From Octopus sinensis (taxonomy: Eukaryota): 46,826 nucleotides of DNA. Position 1 is the first letter of the stretch, and the number at the start of each line of letters is the position of its first letter. Below, piece after piece: positions 24,206 to 35,444 of the stretch. Where the stretch lies: positions 1 through 46,826 of the forward strand of contig NW_021834608.1 of NCBI RefSeq assembly GCF_006345805.1, given 5' to 3'. The position numbers and the translations under genes were made by a program. The notes under the pieces were generated by a model that saw nothing but the letters and a program-made list of their open reading frames with translations, did not search any database and was not told the DNA's origin.

Positions 24206-25479
24206 GTACAAGCAATCTTGAATATGTCTAATTTTCGAAATCTTATTTGTGTCTATAAATTAATTTAGAGGTGAATACATTTTATGATTGTATTGTTGTT
24301 CTCCGGGAGTCAGCCGAATACACGAATCTTTTTTTCGAACGAATGTACACGATAGTTGATTTAAAACACTTTTATCGCCCTTTTCTATACTGCGTATTCC
24401 AAACAGTTGTGGGCGATCAATGGCCATTATTTTTGAGGGATTCCTATTTTGTCGAAATTTATAATATAGTGTGATACGTAATCCACGACATCAGGTATTT
24501 CCCCAAAACCAGTTACAATGGATGTGTCTACCACCCCCGAGTCTTTTTTGAAATGTCTTCGGCTTAAATTTGTGATCCTTCGTATTTGACTCCCTCGTTC
24601 GTTGATATAGACAATGCTAATCTGTTAAAACAAAAAACAAACTATAGTTTTCCCAGTCTTGGTGTCCTTGTTTATGGTATCTTTGGTTTTCAAGTAAGCT
24701 AACTGTTTGACTTGGACTTTTGTATGGAAGAATCTCTGGTAACTATAAGTTCATAACGGTGTGGATTATTATCACATTTTCGAAATAATTTGTCATTGCA
24801 AGTCGTCTCGATTTTCGAAATGTAATTGTTAGGTCCGTCATAACACACAAGGACCACATTCTATAAATTAAATGAAACTTTAATCGATTTTCCATCACTG
24901 CTCGGCTTTCTTTCCCAGAATGAGAGTAGTGGCTTCTCGACAAAATTTCTTGTTCCCGAAAGATGATGATTCGTAATTGAAATCATATTTTCCACCATTT
25001 ATGAGTTCTTTACAGTTTCATTGACAACTGCGAAATTATAGCGCCCTTGTGCCCGTTGTAGCACTCTTGGAGAGATAAAATATTTAATGTTACTTTCTGA
25101 AGTCAGACTGATTCTCCGTTGAGCAGATTCAGGGTTTTGATAAATATCATATGCCGGCATTGATTGAATAATCATTTCTGTTCTATTTAAATTGAATTTA
25201 AACGTATTAACATAATTTCTTGCTCGTAGAGATTAGTATTTGCCTAAATAAATTTTCATTTTGTTCCCAATAAATTGAAATGGTTGACCAGCAACTCAAG
25301 ATATATTTGCCGAGATTACTCCAAAAACACCTGAAATATGTGTTCATTCATCAAATGTGGCGTGATATGTTACAGTATGAGACATCACCCCATCATTCAA
25401 TAAGTTGACTGATAATACAGATAGTCTTGAAGTTTTTTCATCTTGCTGATATATTTTGAGTAAAATTTATACAAACAAG

Positions 25480-26825
25480 ACAAAAATTACAGATAGCTAA
25501 GTTAGTTAAAGGCCTCACGAGACAACCGACCAGCCGCGCGAATGGCGAAGACGTTCCCTCGGATCACAGCAATCGACAGACGTTCAGGAGCCAAGAAAAC
25601 TCTCTTGGATCGTGACTAGTCCTTGAAATCCGTCGACCGAGCGAGCGAAGGAAGCGGAGTGTCTTGGACCGAAGATCCCGGAGGACTCCAAGGCAATTGG
25701 AGTAAAGAGCAGCGAGTTGGACAGGTGGCCGTACTTGAGAATCTTTCGCTCCTCGGCCTGCCTGGAAGCGTGCCCAGGATTGGCGGCGGACAGCGCGAGA
25801 TTTCCCAGCGAGAACGTGTCCGAGCAGGTAGAATCCCAAATAAGGGATTTCCCCTGCTCGTAGAAGAAGGTGGACATGCCGTCAGGGCGTTTGCCATCCC
25901 CTCTATCCAATCCAACAGGTTCAAGGATAGACGGGATGCCTGCTGAGGCGAGGGCTCTCTGTACGACTGAGTTGAGTTCACTGTGACGGGGGGCACGACC
26001 GGCACTCCGCCGGCAAGCGAGGGGATGCAAACCGTACTCGTCAACAGTTCCCCCACAACGGCATTTGTGCGACTGGCAGATTTTCAGCCCGACACGGAGG
26101 GAGATTGCAATTCTTAGGCATTCCTTGTCCAACAGGTTCCCGATGGAAGGGAGAGGGAGAGCCTTTAACCAGACACCGCTGCTTTCACAGCGACCTGCAC
26201 GGAGGCAAGCGACACGGTGTTGATTGGAGACAGGAAGCAGGCCTTCGAAGATTACCTGACAAGAGATTTCGTCCCATTGGCGCTGTACAGATTGAGAGTT
26301 GGGCAGCTTCGAACCAAACCGAGCCTCCCACCGACCACGGGCTGCAGAGTAAACTTCAGACAATTTCCGTTCGGGGAGGTTTCTAAGAACGATGTCTGAG
26401 AGAGTACGAGAAGCGTGATGAGCGGATAGGAATGCCGGGAGGGCAAGATCGGAATAGGATCTCAAGCCAAGACCACCCCAGCGCACAGGCAGGGATGCCT
26501 GAGTCCAGCCTGGATCGTCGAAAGCCAGATTGCAAAGAGAGCTCGTACCGAGCCTGAGGATATTGTCAAGGTCGGAAAGAAGGTCGCCTCTTTGAAAGCA
26601 GGGTGCACATCTTAGGGTGTAAAGGATCTTAGGGACGGAGAAGTGGTTTCGGAGGAGGAAAAAAGCCAGATGAGGCTCGATGACTTTAAGCTTGTCGATC
26701 ATTTTGGATAAGTGGGAAATTTTTCCAGCGAGTGAGCATTCGAGGGCAGAAGGCCCCATGGGGGCACCGAGAATCGTAAGATTTGATTTGTCCGTAATCC
26801 GGACGTCTGAGAGAATGCCTCGTAA
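25480..26825 (-). mobile_element. CRE-clade non-LTR retrotransposon 3' half (thumb, CCHC, REL endonuclease)
   Basis: ORF 25584-26891: LTILGAP...LRCAPC...QASLPVRWGGLGLR...CRCGG.VDEYGLHPLAC...RH...GKRPDG...WDSTCSDT. After a frameshift: RLSIAVIRGN then a stop at ~25505 and a short T-rich 3' UTR. Confidence 0.92.
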
Positions 26826-26878
26826 TAAACGAATTAAATTTTGAGTAATAAACGAATTAAATTTATCCATACAAGATA

Positions 26879-27538
26879 CACCCCTCGACATAAATATTGG
26901 TGAATCTTCAACTTACTTCATTCATACAAAGAATGATTTAATTTTTTCTTCAGATATATTTTAAAATCTGATAAAATTGATAAAAATTAATTTAATTATT
27001 TAAATTTTGAAATTTTGTCTAAGAAATTCGGAAAAAACAACGACTTTCATTGGCATAAAATTTGGTTATTGTGAGATTAATATGTAAATTTAAATCTATT
27101 TTAATTATAAATACAAAATAAATATTATTTTAGAAGATCTAAACTTTAGATCCTTTATTTATTTATTTATAACCCCCAAGCTTGCACAACATGGCAAGCC
27201 CAGCACAAACAGTCACAACTAACTAATCAAATGAAGGAGCAAGGAACGAAGGGATTGCTTGTGCCGATCAACATTAGCCTCCAAATCTTCATTACAGCCA
27301 TCCGTCTCCAAAGAGAGGTGGGAATTCTGATATGTCCAGTTCCCATTTGTCAGCCAGCCTCTACCGTAGCTCACCGCACTTCATTTGGATCTGGACGGGT
27401 TTTGCATAATGGAGATTCTTCATCGGTAATGTGATCAGGGGAAGGTAGGAGGTCCCCCTTCTTAAAGTATGAATTTATTCGTTTTTAAATGAAAAAAAGC
27501 AGGAAAGATTAAATAACCAAATTTTTTGTCGAGGGGTG
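26879..27538. mobile_element. Tc1/mariner-superfamily MITE (660 bp) with nested insert
   Basis: TIRs CACCCCTCGACA(T/A)AAA..TTGGT (20/23 identical), flanked by TA on both sides; GC-richer insert at ~27155-27470. Confidence 0.85.
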
Positions 27539-27909
27539 TAAATCATCCGGGTTGCAGCGACGATTAAAACTTAACGTAGACCACCCTTTATATAACTGTG
27601 GTCTTATTTATAGCTTTCTGCTTTGTTGTGGCAAATGATAAAAGTGAAATCGAGAGGCACTGACTATAATCTGTCCACTTTGAACAAAGTTGATGCCGTG
27701 CACTCTCAACAACCAGTTGCGTAAAGGACACGGGGACTGTCAACTTGTGATGAAAAGTGTAAATTGATTACATTATTAGATTAACTTAATAGTTTATTGA
27801 AATAGTTAAACCAAGTAGGGTAATGGGTAAAATCGGGTGTTCCGAGTTTATATGTTCTGCCCAAACTGAGGTGATTACAAAGAAAGTGACGAGTAGGACT
27901 GTACATACG

Positions 27910-29700
27910 AAGTGACGTATCCCTCGGCGAGGCGATTAGTAAATGGTTATCGTGGGACAGGGTTAGTATAAGGGAGTTACAGTTAGAACGAGGAATCATC
28001 TGCTCAAGTAAAGGACCTCCTGTTGAATGGTCATTTCGAAATATTGAAGGTCTCTCATTCGGAACAGCGGGTTGTGTGCACTGCCTCACCATAAAGGAAT
28101 CAGAGCAAGAATGCAGTGCGGATTTGGGTATCTCAATGAGCTCACCATTATCCAAATTGCTCAGGTTGACTATACACGCAAGGCTCTATCAAACACACTC
28201 AAGTCGACCTTCAAAGAAGAAGTGCGAAGAAAAGTGGTGGTCGGGTTTGACGGCCGACACAACAGTAGAAGGTCCCGACATTGCCGGACTGAGTAGATAT
28301 GCTCACCTGGTGGTCAATGTCTTACGAAACGCACATGTGACTGTTTTCCTGTACAGTGAGTGTGTCCCCACTCCTCTCGTGGCTTTCGGGGTACGGCACT
28401 TGAAATGTTGTTGTGGTGTGATGATCACTGCCTCACACAACCCCAAACAAGACAACGGCTTCAAGTTATATTGGGAATACGGGGCACAGGTAGACAAGTC
28501 TGGTCTTCACGGGTAGGCCCCAGATGAAGTCGAGGACCAAGTTTTGAAGGAGATCTCCTCAAATCATGTGCCGTCCGAATCAGCGTGGGACACCTCTTCC
28601 ATAAATGACGACAATTCAGTCCTCAGTACAGCATTGAGTGGATATCTCAACGAATTGAACAAACTTAATTTTTACAAGTTAAATTGACAAATATGCAGAA
28701 ATACGTGGCTGTCCGTCCCCACGATAGTGTACAGTATGGTGGTGACCTACTCAGTGCGATGTCGACCCTGACTTTGGCACAGTCAAATGCCCCAATCCCG
28801 AGGAGGAGTCGTGCTTGGTCCATACTGTTTGAAAATCCGTAGGAACTTTCAATCAAGTTGGCCGAGAGGATTGGGGGCAGGTGACGTACTGCGACAGTAT
28901 TCCTTCCTGTTATTCCAAAGTCCAGAAGACGTGCATGGTGACCTCTGCAGTGAGTTCTAAATTTATAAGGACGATGGCCGAGGCTGAAGGCTTCATTTTT
29001 CAAGTATGGGGATGTTAGGAATGCTCAGGAGACATTGACGGGTTTCAAATGGATAGGCAACACCTGCAATGAACTGAGCAGAAAAAACAACTCAGTTCTG
29101 TTCGCTTATGAGGAAGCCATTGGATATATGTGCAACCCCAACATTCCGGATAAGGACGGAATCAGTGCAGCAGTCCTCATCGCCCAACTGACCGGATACC
29201 TCACAGCTCACCAGAAGAATCCATTCCTGAGTACTCTCCTCGAACGTCTCTACATGAAATATGGGAGACACCTCACCCGCAATTCCTACTTAGTGTCCCC
29301 CTCCCCTCAAATACCCTCCGAGTATTTGACCGTCTCCGCAATTATGATGGCCTGCCACAGTACGACCATTTATTTTTATTTTGGTAGTACCCACACTTTT
29401 TTGTGGTAAATTCCAAGTCAAGAATGTGCGTGACCTCACCACTGGGTTCGACAATCCATATCCCGACCGTAAAGCTGTAAATTGTACTGCACCATCATAG
29501 CGTATTCCCAAAAGTTCATCGCAAATGATAACATTTTATTTCGACCACTCGCTGACTCCCACTCTTAAAGCGAGTGGGACGGAGCCTAAAATCAAGTTTT
29601 ATATTAAGATTATTGGTCCACCTTCACAAAACTAGTCCCTTCTGACGATTTTAGAAATGTAAGTGAGAGTGAAGAGGCCAATTTCCGTAGACTCCTCGAT
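27910..29700 (+). pseudogene. PGM2: Phosphoglucomutase-2/phosphopentomutase with internal deletions
   Basis: WLSWDR, FGTAGIRA, VGFDGRHNS, PTPLVAF, MITASHNPKQDNGFKLYW, TLTGFKWIGN, FAYEEAIGY, DKDGISAA, ASGTEPKIKFY. Introns 27962-27986, 28071-28096, 28272-28296, 28490-28516. The HGVG and DPDADR segments are missing. Confidence 0.9.
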
Positions 29701-29769
29701 AAGTTTGTAGTGCGAAAAAAGGTGAGTTTACTCAGTTTAACAGCAAATTATGAAATAAGAAACATTAGG

Positions 29770-30236
29770 AGTTAGAATAGTTTTTAGGAGCGAGAGGCAG
29801 AAAGAGACTGCATTATGGAAGACCTCAAATTAAATTTTTTCTGATAGGGCAGATCGAAGGTGTGTGGTCTTATCCTGGATATATTTAATCTTGCGAACAA
29901 ATGTTCCTGTGCCTTGGAAATAGTCTAATATTGAGGCCACACACTCAACCATTTCTACAAAATAGCCTGTTCCGATATCAATAAGGACGTGTGAGCTATC
30001 TTCAAATGTCCCTCGGGTGAACAACTGGAATAGTATGGGGGATTGTTCTAACGTAGTTGGTTAGGGGGACGATCATGTCCTTCCCCCCTTTTTCACTGAA
30101 GAAAATTCGTTCAGCCATTCGTTGGAGTCGAGAAATCCCTCCTCGGCCATCTGAGAGATTCGATGCTGTTAGTTATGATTTGTATTTCCTTGTATCAATT
30201 GAGTAAGAATCTTGATTAGCTCTTTGGACAAAAGGC
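29770..30236 (-). pseudogene. PFDN5: Prefoldin subunit 5 (alpha), 5' end cut by LINE fragment
   Basis: MIVPLTNY|LFTRGTFEDSSHVLIDIGTGYFVEM|...VRKIKYI matches PFDN5 (LLVPLTSSMYVPGKL..VEHVLIDVGTGYYVEK); introns of about 25-28 nt. Confidence 0.85.
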
Positions 30237-30239
30237 TTG

Positions 30240-30650
30240 AGCATTCTGCTTTTAGGCGATGTTGAGGAGAATCCAGGACCCTATTTAATCATACTCCAAC
30301 TGAACATCAATGGAATAAGAGGGAAAGTTCTTGAATTATGACATACCTCAAAAACACAACATCGATGTAGCTGCCTCGCAAGAAACCAGATTAACACTTT
30401 CCTCTATTACTCCCTCATTCCCGGGATATAACTGTATCCGTTTGGACCGGCTAGACCGACTTGGCGGGGGCCTTCTGTTCATTATCAAAAACGGTTTGCA
30501 CTATACGGACTCCACGGATGACCTCAAGGCGACAATTCACGACAGCGAAATATCTGGAATTACCTTGAATACTAAATTCGGAAAGACTACTATTGCCAAC
30601 ATATATGTTGCACCCCTCCGTCTTGTCCAAAGGGATTCAACCAAAACTTC
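30240..30650 (+). mobile_element. APE-endonuclease LINE fragment preceded by a 2A (StopGo) peptide
   Basis: ILLLGDVEENPGP at 30243-30281 in frame with ILQLNINGIRGK; after a frameshift IDVAASQETRL...PGYNCIRLDR...GGGLLFII...IANIY. Confidence 0.85.
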
Positions 30651-31124
30651 TCAAAGCTATCCAATTTATGTTTTAGAAACTTTGTATCAACTTGATTTAT
30701 TTATTCGACATATTCAACTATTTAAGTATCGTAGCATTTTTTGGTAAAAACATTACCAGTTTGTTAATATTTTTTAACATGAACATATTGTGTACAAATG
30801 CTATCAAATAGTATTATCACCACCTTTAGACGTTTTTAGAAAAAAAGTAATTATTACTGTACTGGCCGCTAATAAATCTAAGGACTGATATTGATGAAAA
30901 AGACATTGACTTTGACAAGGGAATTGTCGACGGACTTAATGTTTAACAAGTTATATTTTTGACAGTTCTGAGTTCTTGTGAGATAAAGTTTAAAAAACTG
31001 GGGGTCACAACAAATTAAATAAAGTTTGAACAAAACGTCTGCGAAAGGGAGGATATGTAGTGATGAATTTTTTTGAGAATATTCCTCGATGATTTTTAGA
31101 GTTAATAGACTCTGTGTATATATA

Positions 31125-31720
31125 CAGTGGGGCCAGATAAGTCATATTTAATTTGACGTGTTTTTATAATGATTACTATGAATTCAAAATAAATATCATT
31201 GAAACTCACTTTAATTAAAAAATGCCAAATTTTATGTAGAAAAATGATGGGACTTAAAAGAATATGAATTTTTTCTGCAATAAGATATGAATGACTATCT
31301 ATTTGTAGCTTCTTTTTTCTTTAAAATGATTGATTACCGTAATTTCAATAAAATGATTAATAGATTATGATTCTTTTAAATACAATTTATTTTTCACTCA
31401 TTATTAAAATTATCATGTCGACAAGAGAAGAGCATTCTTTGGATCTAAAACAATGAGTTGTAATGACCTACCAAAGAGGCACAAATTATGAAAAAATTTC
31501 TAAATTGCTGATATTACCAAAAAGTACTGTTTGGAATATTATTACCCGATGGAAACAAAAAGAACTGTCATTAATCAACCAAGATCGGAATAACTCAACG
31601 TTCTTGCTCATTAATGAAAAGAATAGTCGGTACAAAATTAAGAATTACTCAAAAAGAATTGGCTGATGATTTAAAGATGACAGGAACATTATTATCCCTT
31701 CCTACAATTACTTCTACAGG
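31125..31720 (+). mobile_element. Tc1-like element, left end and HTH region
   Basis: TA|CAGTGGGGCCAGATAAGT terminus at 31125; ATG 31415 MSTREEHSLDLKQ*VV...YEKISKLLILPKSTVWNIITRWK; truncated. Confidence 0.75.
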
Positions 31721-31878
31721 ACGCAATGGAGGTATGTAATTATGGATATGTCTGGACTTGTTTTAGACATTCTTGATTGAGTTCTATTTAACTTGGTATA
31801 CGTTTTCTGGTATTTAAATATTTTTTAAAAAATTTATTTAAAATAATAATAAACTACTCATAATTTGTTTATGTCGCT

Positions 31879-32274
31879 TTGTGGTCTGTAATTTTGATTC
31901 TAATGTTAGATCAAATAGCAGGGCAGAAAAGATTAATTGACCTGTTTGACTCATCTATCAGTAAAAGGGTCATTTCTAAACTTAAATTAACAAAAGGTTT
32001 TTTCATAAATGACAATATTTATTCTTTAATAGATCCCATTGTACCTAAAGTTGATAAAAGTGAATCTGAACTGGACGTTTTGGTCGATCATGTATTTTTA
32101 AAAGTATTTAAAGGACTGCAAAAAATACGAATCGACAACACTATTAAATATATAGATAGTTGTGCTTGTAGTGGTGATACTGACCACAGTGAAGATCCGG
32201 CGAGTAAGGATCCCACTTTGTCTTCAAAACTCTCAAATATGGAGGAATTTCGTCGATTAAAGATGAAGGTGTAG
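31879..32274 (+). CDS. Unassigned coding-like exon (131 aa ORF)
   Basis: Long open frame in AT-rich DNA, flanked by short GT-AG intron-like segments; no recognised motif. Confidence 0.3.
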   Translation: MWSVILILMLDQIAGQKRLIDLFDSSISKRVISKLKLTKGFFINDNIYSLIDPIVPKVDKSESELDVLVDHVFLKVFKGLQKIRIDNTIKYIDSCACSGDTDHSEDPASKDPTLSSKLSNMEEFRRLKMKV

Positions 32275-32469
32275 TTTTTTGAAATACTTTTAATTATAGT
32301 ATATTAGGTTTTTAAATAATGATGATTCTTCCCAGGACTTCGTTGTACATGATTTGGGTGGTTATTTGAGAATTTATTTTTAGATGAGTCTTAAATACAC
32401 CCATTGATGAAGGTATTGAATTAATTTTATCTTTCCAGTAATAATAATTTTTTTGATAAAGTTTTGATA

Positions 32470-34340
32470 CAGTGCGACCTCGAATTGGGGAAAACCAAGT
32501 AGCGGGGAAACCCTCTTTTTTGGGGAAAACCTTGGTTTTGGGGAAATATTTTTGCCATCCCTATAAAATACGATGATTTTAATGAAATAAAACCCCCTAC
32601 CGGGGAAAATTTTTTATTATCATAAACGATTCATTAATATATTTGTATAATTTTTGATTTATTATTATTTATTTATTGTAACCTGTTTTTCCAAAATTTG
32701 TAATCAATAATTTAAAATTTATTTAACCTGGTAACTTAGTTAGTTAGCTAATTAACCTGGTAAAAACTGAAATTATCAATTTTTAAAGTTATTTTATAAA
32801 TTTTAGAAAGCCAATACCTAGAAAACTAAATCAAAGTGAAAAGATCAGAATTTGCAAGGATATACAGTCATAAGGACAAAATGATTTGTGAAGAATTTAA
32901 CATCTCTAAAGGAATGCTATACCGACTAAAAAAGAAAAGGAAGGAATCTTAGCTCAAGGTTTCTCAACATCCGAAGGGACAATTGGATACGAATTGAATG
33001 CCCAAGTTTACGAGATTTTTCGTAATCTCAGGTCGAAAGGTTTTCCAATTAATGGGCCAACCTTAAAGCTTATTGCACGTAAAATTGCGTATAGAAATTC
33101 AAATCATGATTTCACTGCTTCTAATGGATGGCTTTACAGATTTAAGAAACAATTCGAAATAAAATTCAGAATATTACATGGCGAATCACGATCAGCTGAT
33201 AAAGAAGGTGCGGAAAACTTCCAATCAACTTTCAATGATTTGCTTGAAAACTATGGGGGAGAAAACATTTTCAACTGTGATGAAACTGCATTATTTATAA
33301 AGCTGTTTCCAAAAAGAGTTTTGTTGAAAAAAATGAGTCACACAGCGGACATAAAATAAGAAAAGAACGTATGACACTTCTTTTGTGTTGCAGTTACACA
33401 GGAGAAAAATATAAACCGCTTATAATTGGGCGTACGAAGTCACCAAGAGTATTAAAAGGTGTGAATCTGAGAGAAATTGGCATTGAATATGATGCTTCGT
33501 GCAAAGCCTGGATGACAAAAAATATTTTTGAAAATTGGTTATCTCGATTTAACGAGGAAATGAGAGAGAAAAGAAGGAAAATAGCATTGTTAATTGACAA
33601 TGCAACTTGTCATGCTGTTTCTCTCAAACTTTCAAACGTCGACGTAATATTTTTTCAAAAAATACAATTTCCTTAATTCAGCCATGTGCCAAGGGATAAT
33701 AAAGGCATTTAAGAATCATTTTAATAACTGGATTATGAAAACAATTATCTATGATAAAAATCCTGCAGGGCAAATAGATGAAGCAATAAAGGGAATCACA
33801 ATATTGGATGCTATTTCATGTTCGAATTGGCATGGGACGAGATTACAGACACTTCAATACAACATTGCTTTGAAAAAGCTTTGGAATATGACTGTCGGGG
33901 AAAAAGAGGACATCGAAGAAAGTCTGATTAATTCCGATATTGTGGAAATACGATTTTGGAGAGTTTCTGTAGATGATAACAGTAGTGATGAAGAGGACTG
34001 CAGCGAACAATTTATGGAACATTTGGATGATCAACAAGTTATAAACAATGCGGAATGCGCATTCACAATGCTGCTAAATGTTATTAAGCAAGAGACTCCG
34101 GAAAATGTACTTGATCTATTCAGATTCAAAGCAAATATTATGAGTTCGATGTGAAAAAAACAAAACACTCGATTAAAATTAACTGATTTTTTTATTAAAA
34201 AATAAAAATTGTAGTTATCCGTCTCGGTTATATTATTAAGAGAGATATCGAACAGGCGAGACCTAAATTTAATGAAAAACCTTTTTTTGGGGGAAAACCT
34301 CAAAATTGGGGAAAAATTTCCCCAATACGAGGTCGCACTG
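32470..34340 (+). mobile_element. Near full-length pogo/Tigger transposon (1871 bp), transposase disrupted
   Basis: 24-bp TIRs CAGTGCGACCTCG(A/T)ATTGGGGAAA (23/24) with TA on both sides. ORF pieces: HTH, FTASNGWLYRFK...LHGES, NIFNCDETALF, LLIDNATCH, QPMCQGIIKAFK. Confidence 0.95.
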
Positions 34341-35444
34341 TATAAATTGGTATTTTTAATTTTAGAAAACTATTTATCTTCGGATATGTTTGAATTATTT
34401 TTAAACTTACATATGTTTTGTTTAATTTAGAAAGACGTTCTTTTTCATTTAAAGAAACGTTAAAAAATCTAATTTTAATAATTAGTTGTGACCCTGAAAA
34501 ATTCATAAAATTAATTTGTATTTCTGACAGTTTTTTTTGTAAAGTTTCTAAATTTCTTCAAGAAAATATTTTAATAAATTATTAATTATCTCAGTGAATA
34601 GTAAATCTAGATATCGCTACTTTTTTAATCCGTCCAGCAGGTTGGCCCCTATCTTAATAAAAAACTGACATTGTGTCACTTTTTTTCAAGAAGCTCAAGT
34701 TGTCGAAAAATAAGAAGAAACAAAAATTTTTTAACCAGTATTGACTGATACTCTCCAGTTTGAAATTAATGATATTTTAAACTTAATGGTCTATTCTGAA
34801 TGTCAAGAATTAAAAAAAAAATTCCAGCAAATCATCATGATTGACGGAATTAAAAACTTTTCTCATGTACAAATAAGCTGCTGCATGTGCTCTGTCCACA
34901 GAGCTGCATTCACACCCTGACAGTGTCTTTTAGTACTAAACTGAGACTAAATCAGATATTTGGAATTTTTTTATAAAAGCTATCGTAAATGAGAAATTCT
35001 GAATAGCTGTCGAAGTAATATTGATATTTAATCACTCTATAATTTAAACAAGTTAAAGTGGAAAAATGCATGAATATAACCTGTTAGCAAGAATTTGAAT
35101 TATTTATTGTATGAAAATACAACACCCGGTCTACTCAGTCTAAATTGCAGATAAATTAACCATTCTGGGATCCCTAGAAGGCTTTAAAAGAATGATAATA
35201 TTCGATTAAGATCATAAGTTTTACCTAAAACTATTAAAAAGTATACAATTTCTAACAATTCTTATAAATTTTTATTATTTGAACCTACAATAATGTTCCA
35301 TGTCTAATTAAATGGTTTTTATGTTCAAAAATTGATAGAAATTACAAACAAATTATTCAAAAAATAATCGGCCCAAATAATTTCGAAACTAGACGATCAA
35401 GATTTTATCGATATGAATCTTAAATTGTGAATCTTAAATTCGGT

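Noticed and set aside
25564-26446. Several 60-146 aa ORFs overlapping the CRE ORF
   Set aside because: These are alternative-frame or antisense shadows of a GC-rich coding region (apart from the frameshifted CRE C-terminus).
27630-27725. Minus-strand RVHGINFVQSGQIIVSAS resembling one WD40 blade
   Set aside because: Single short motif with no supporting context.
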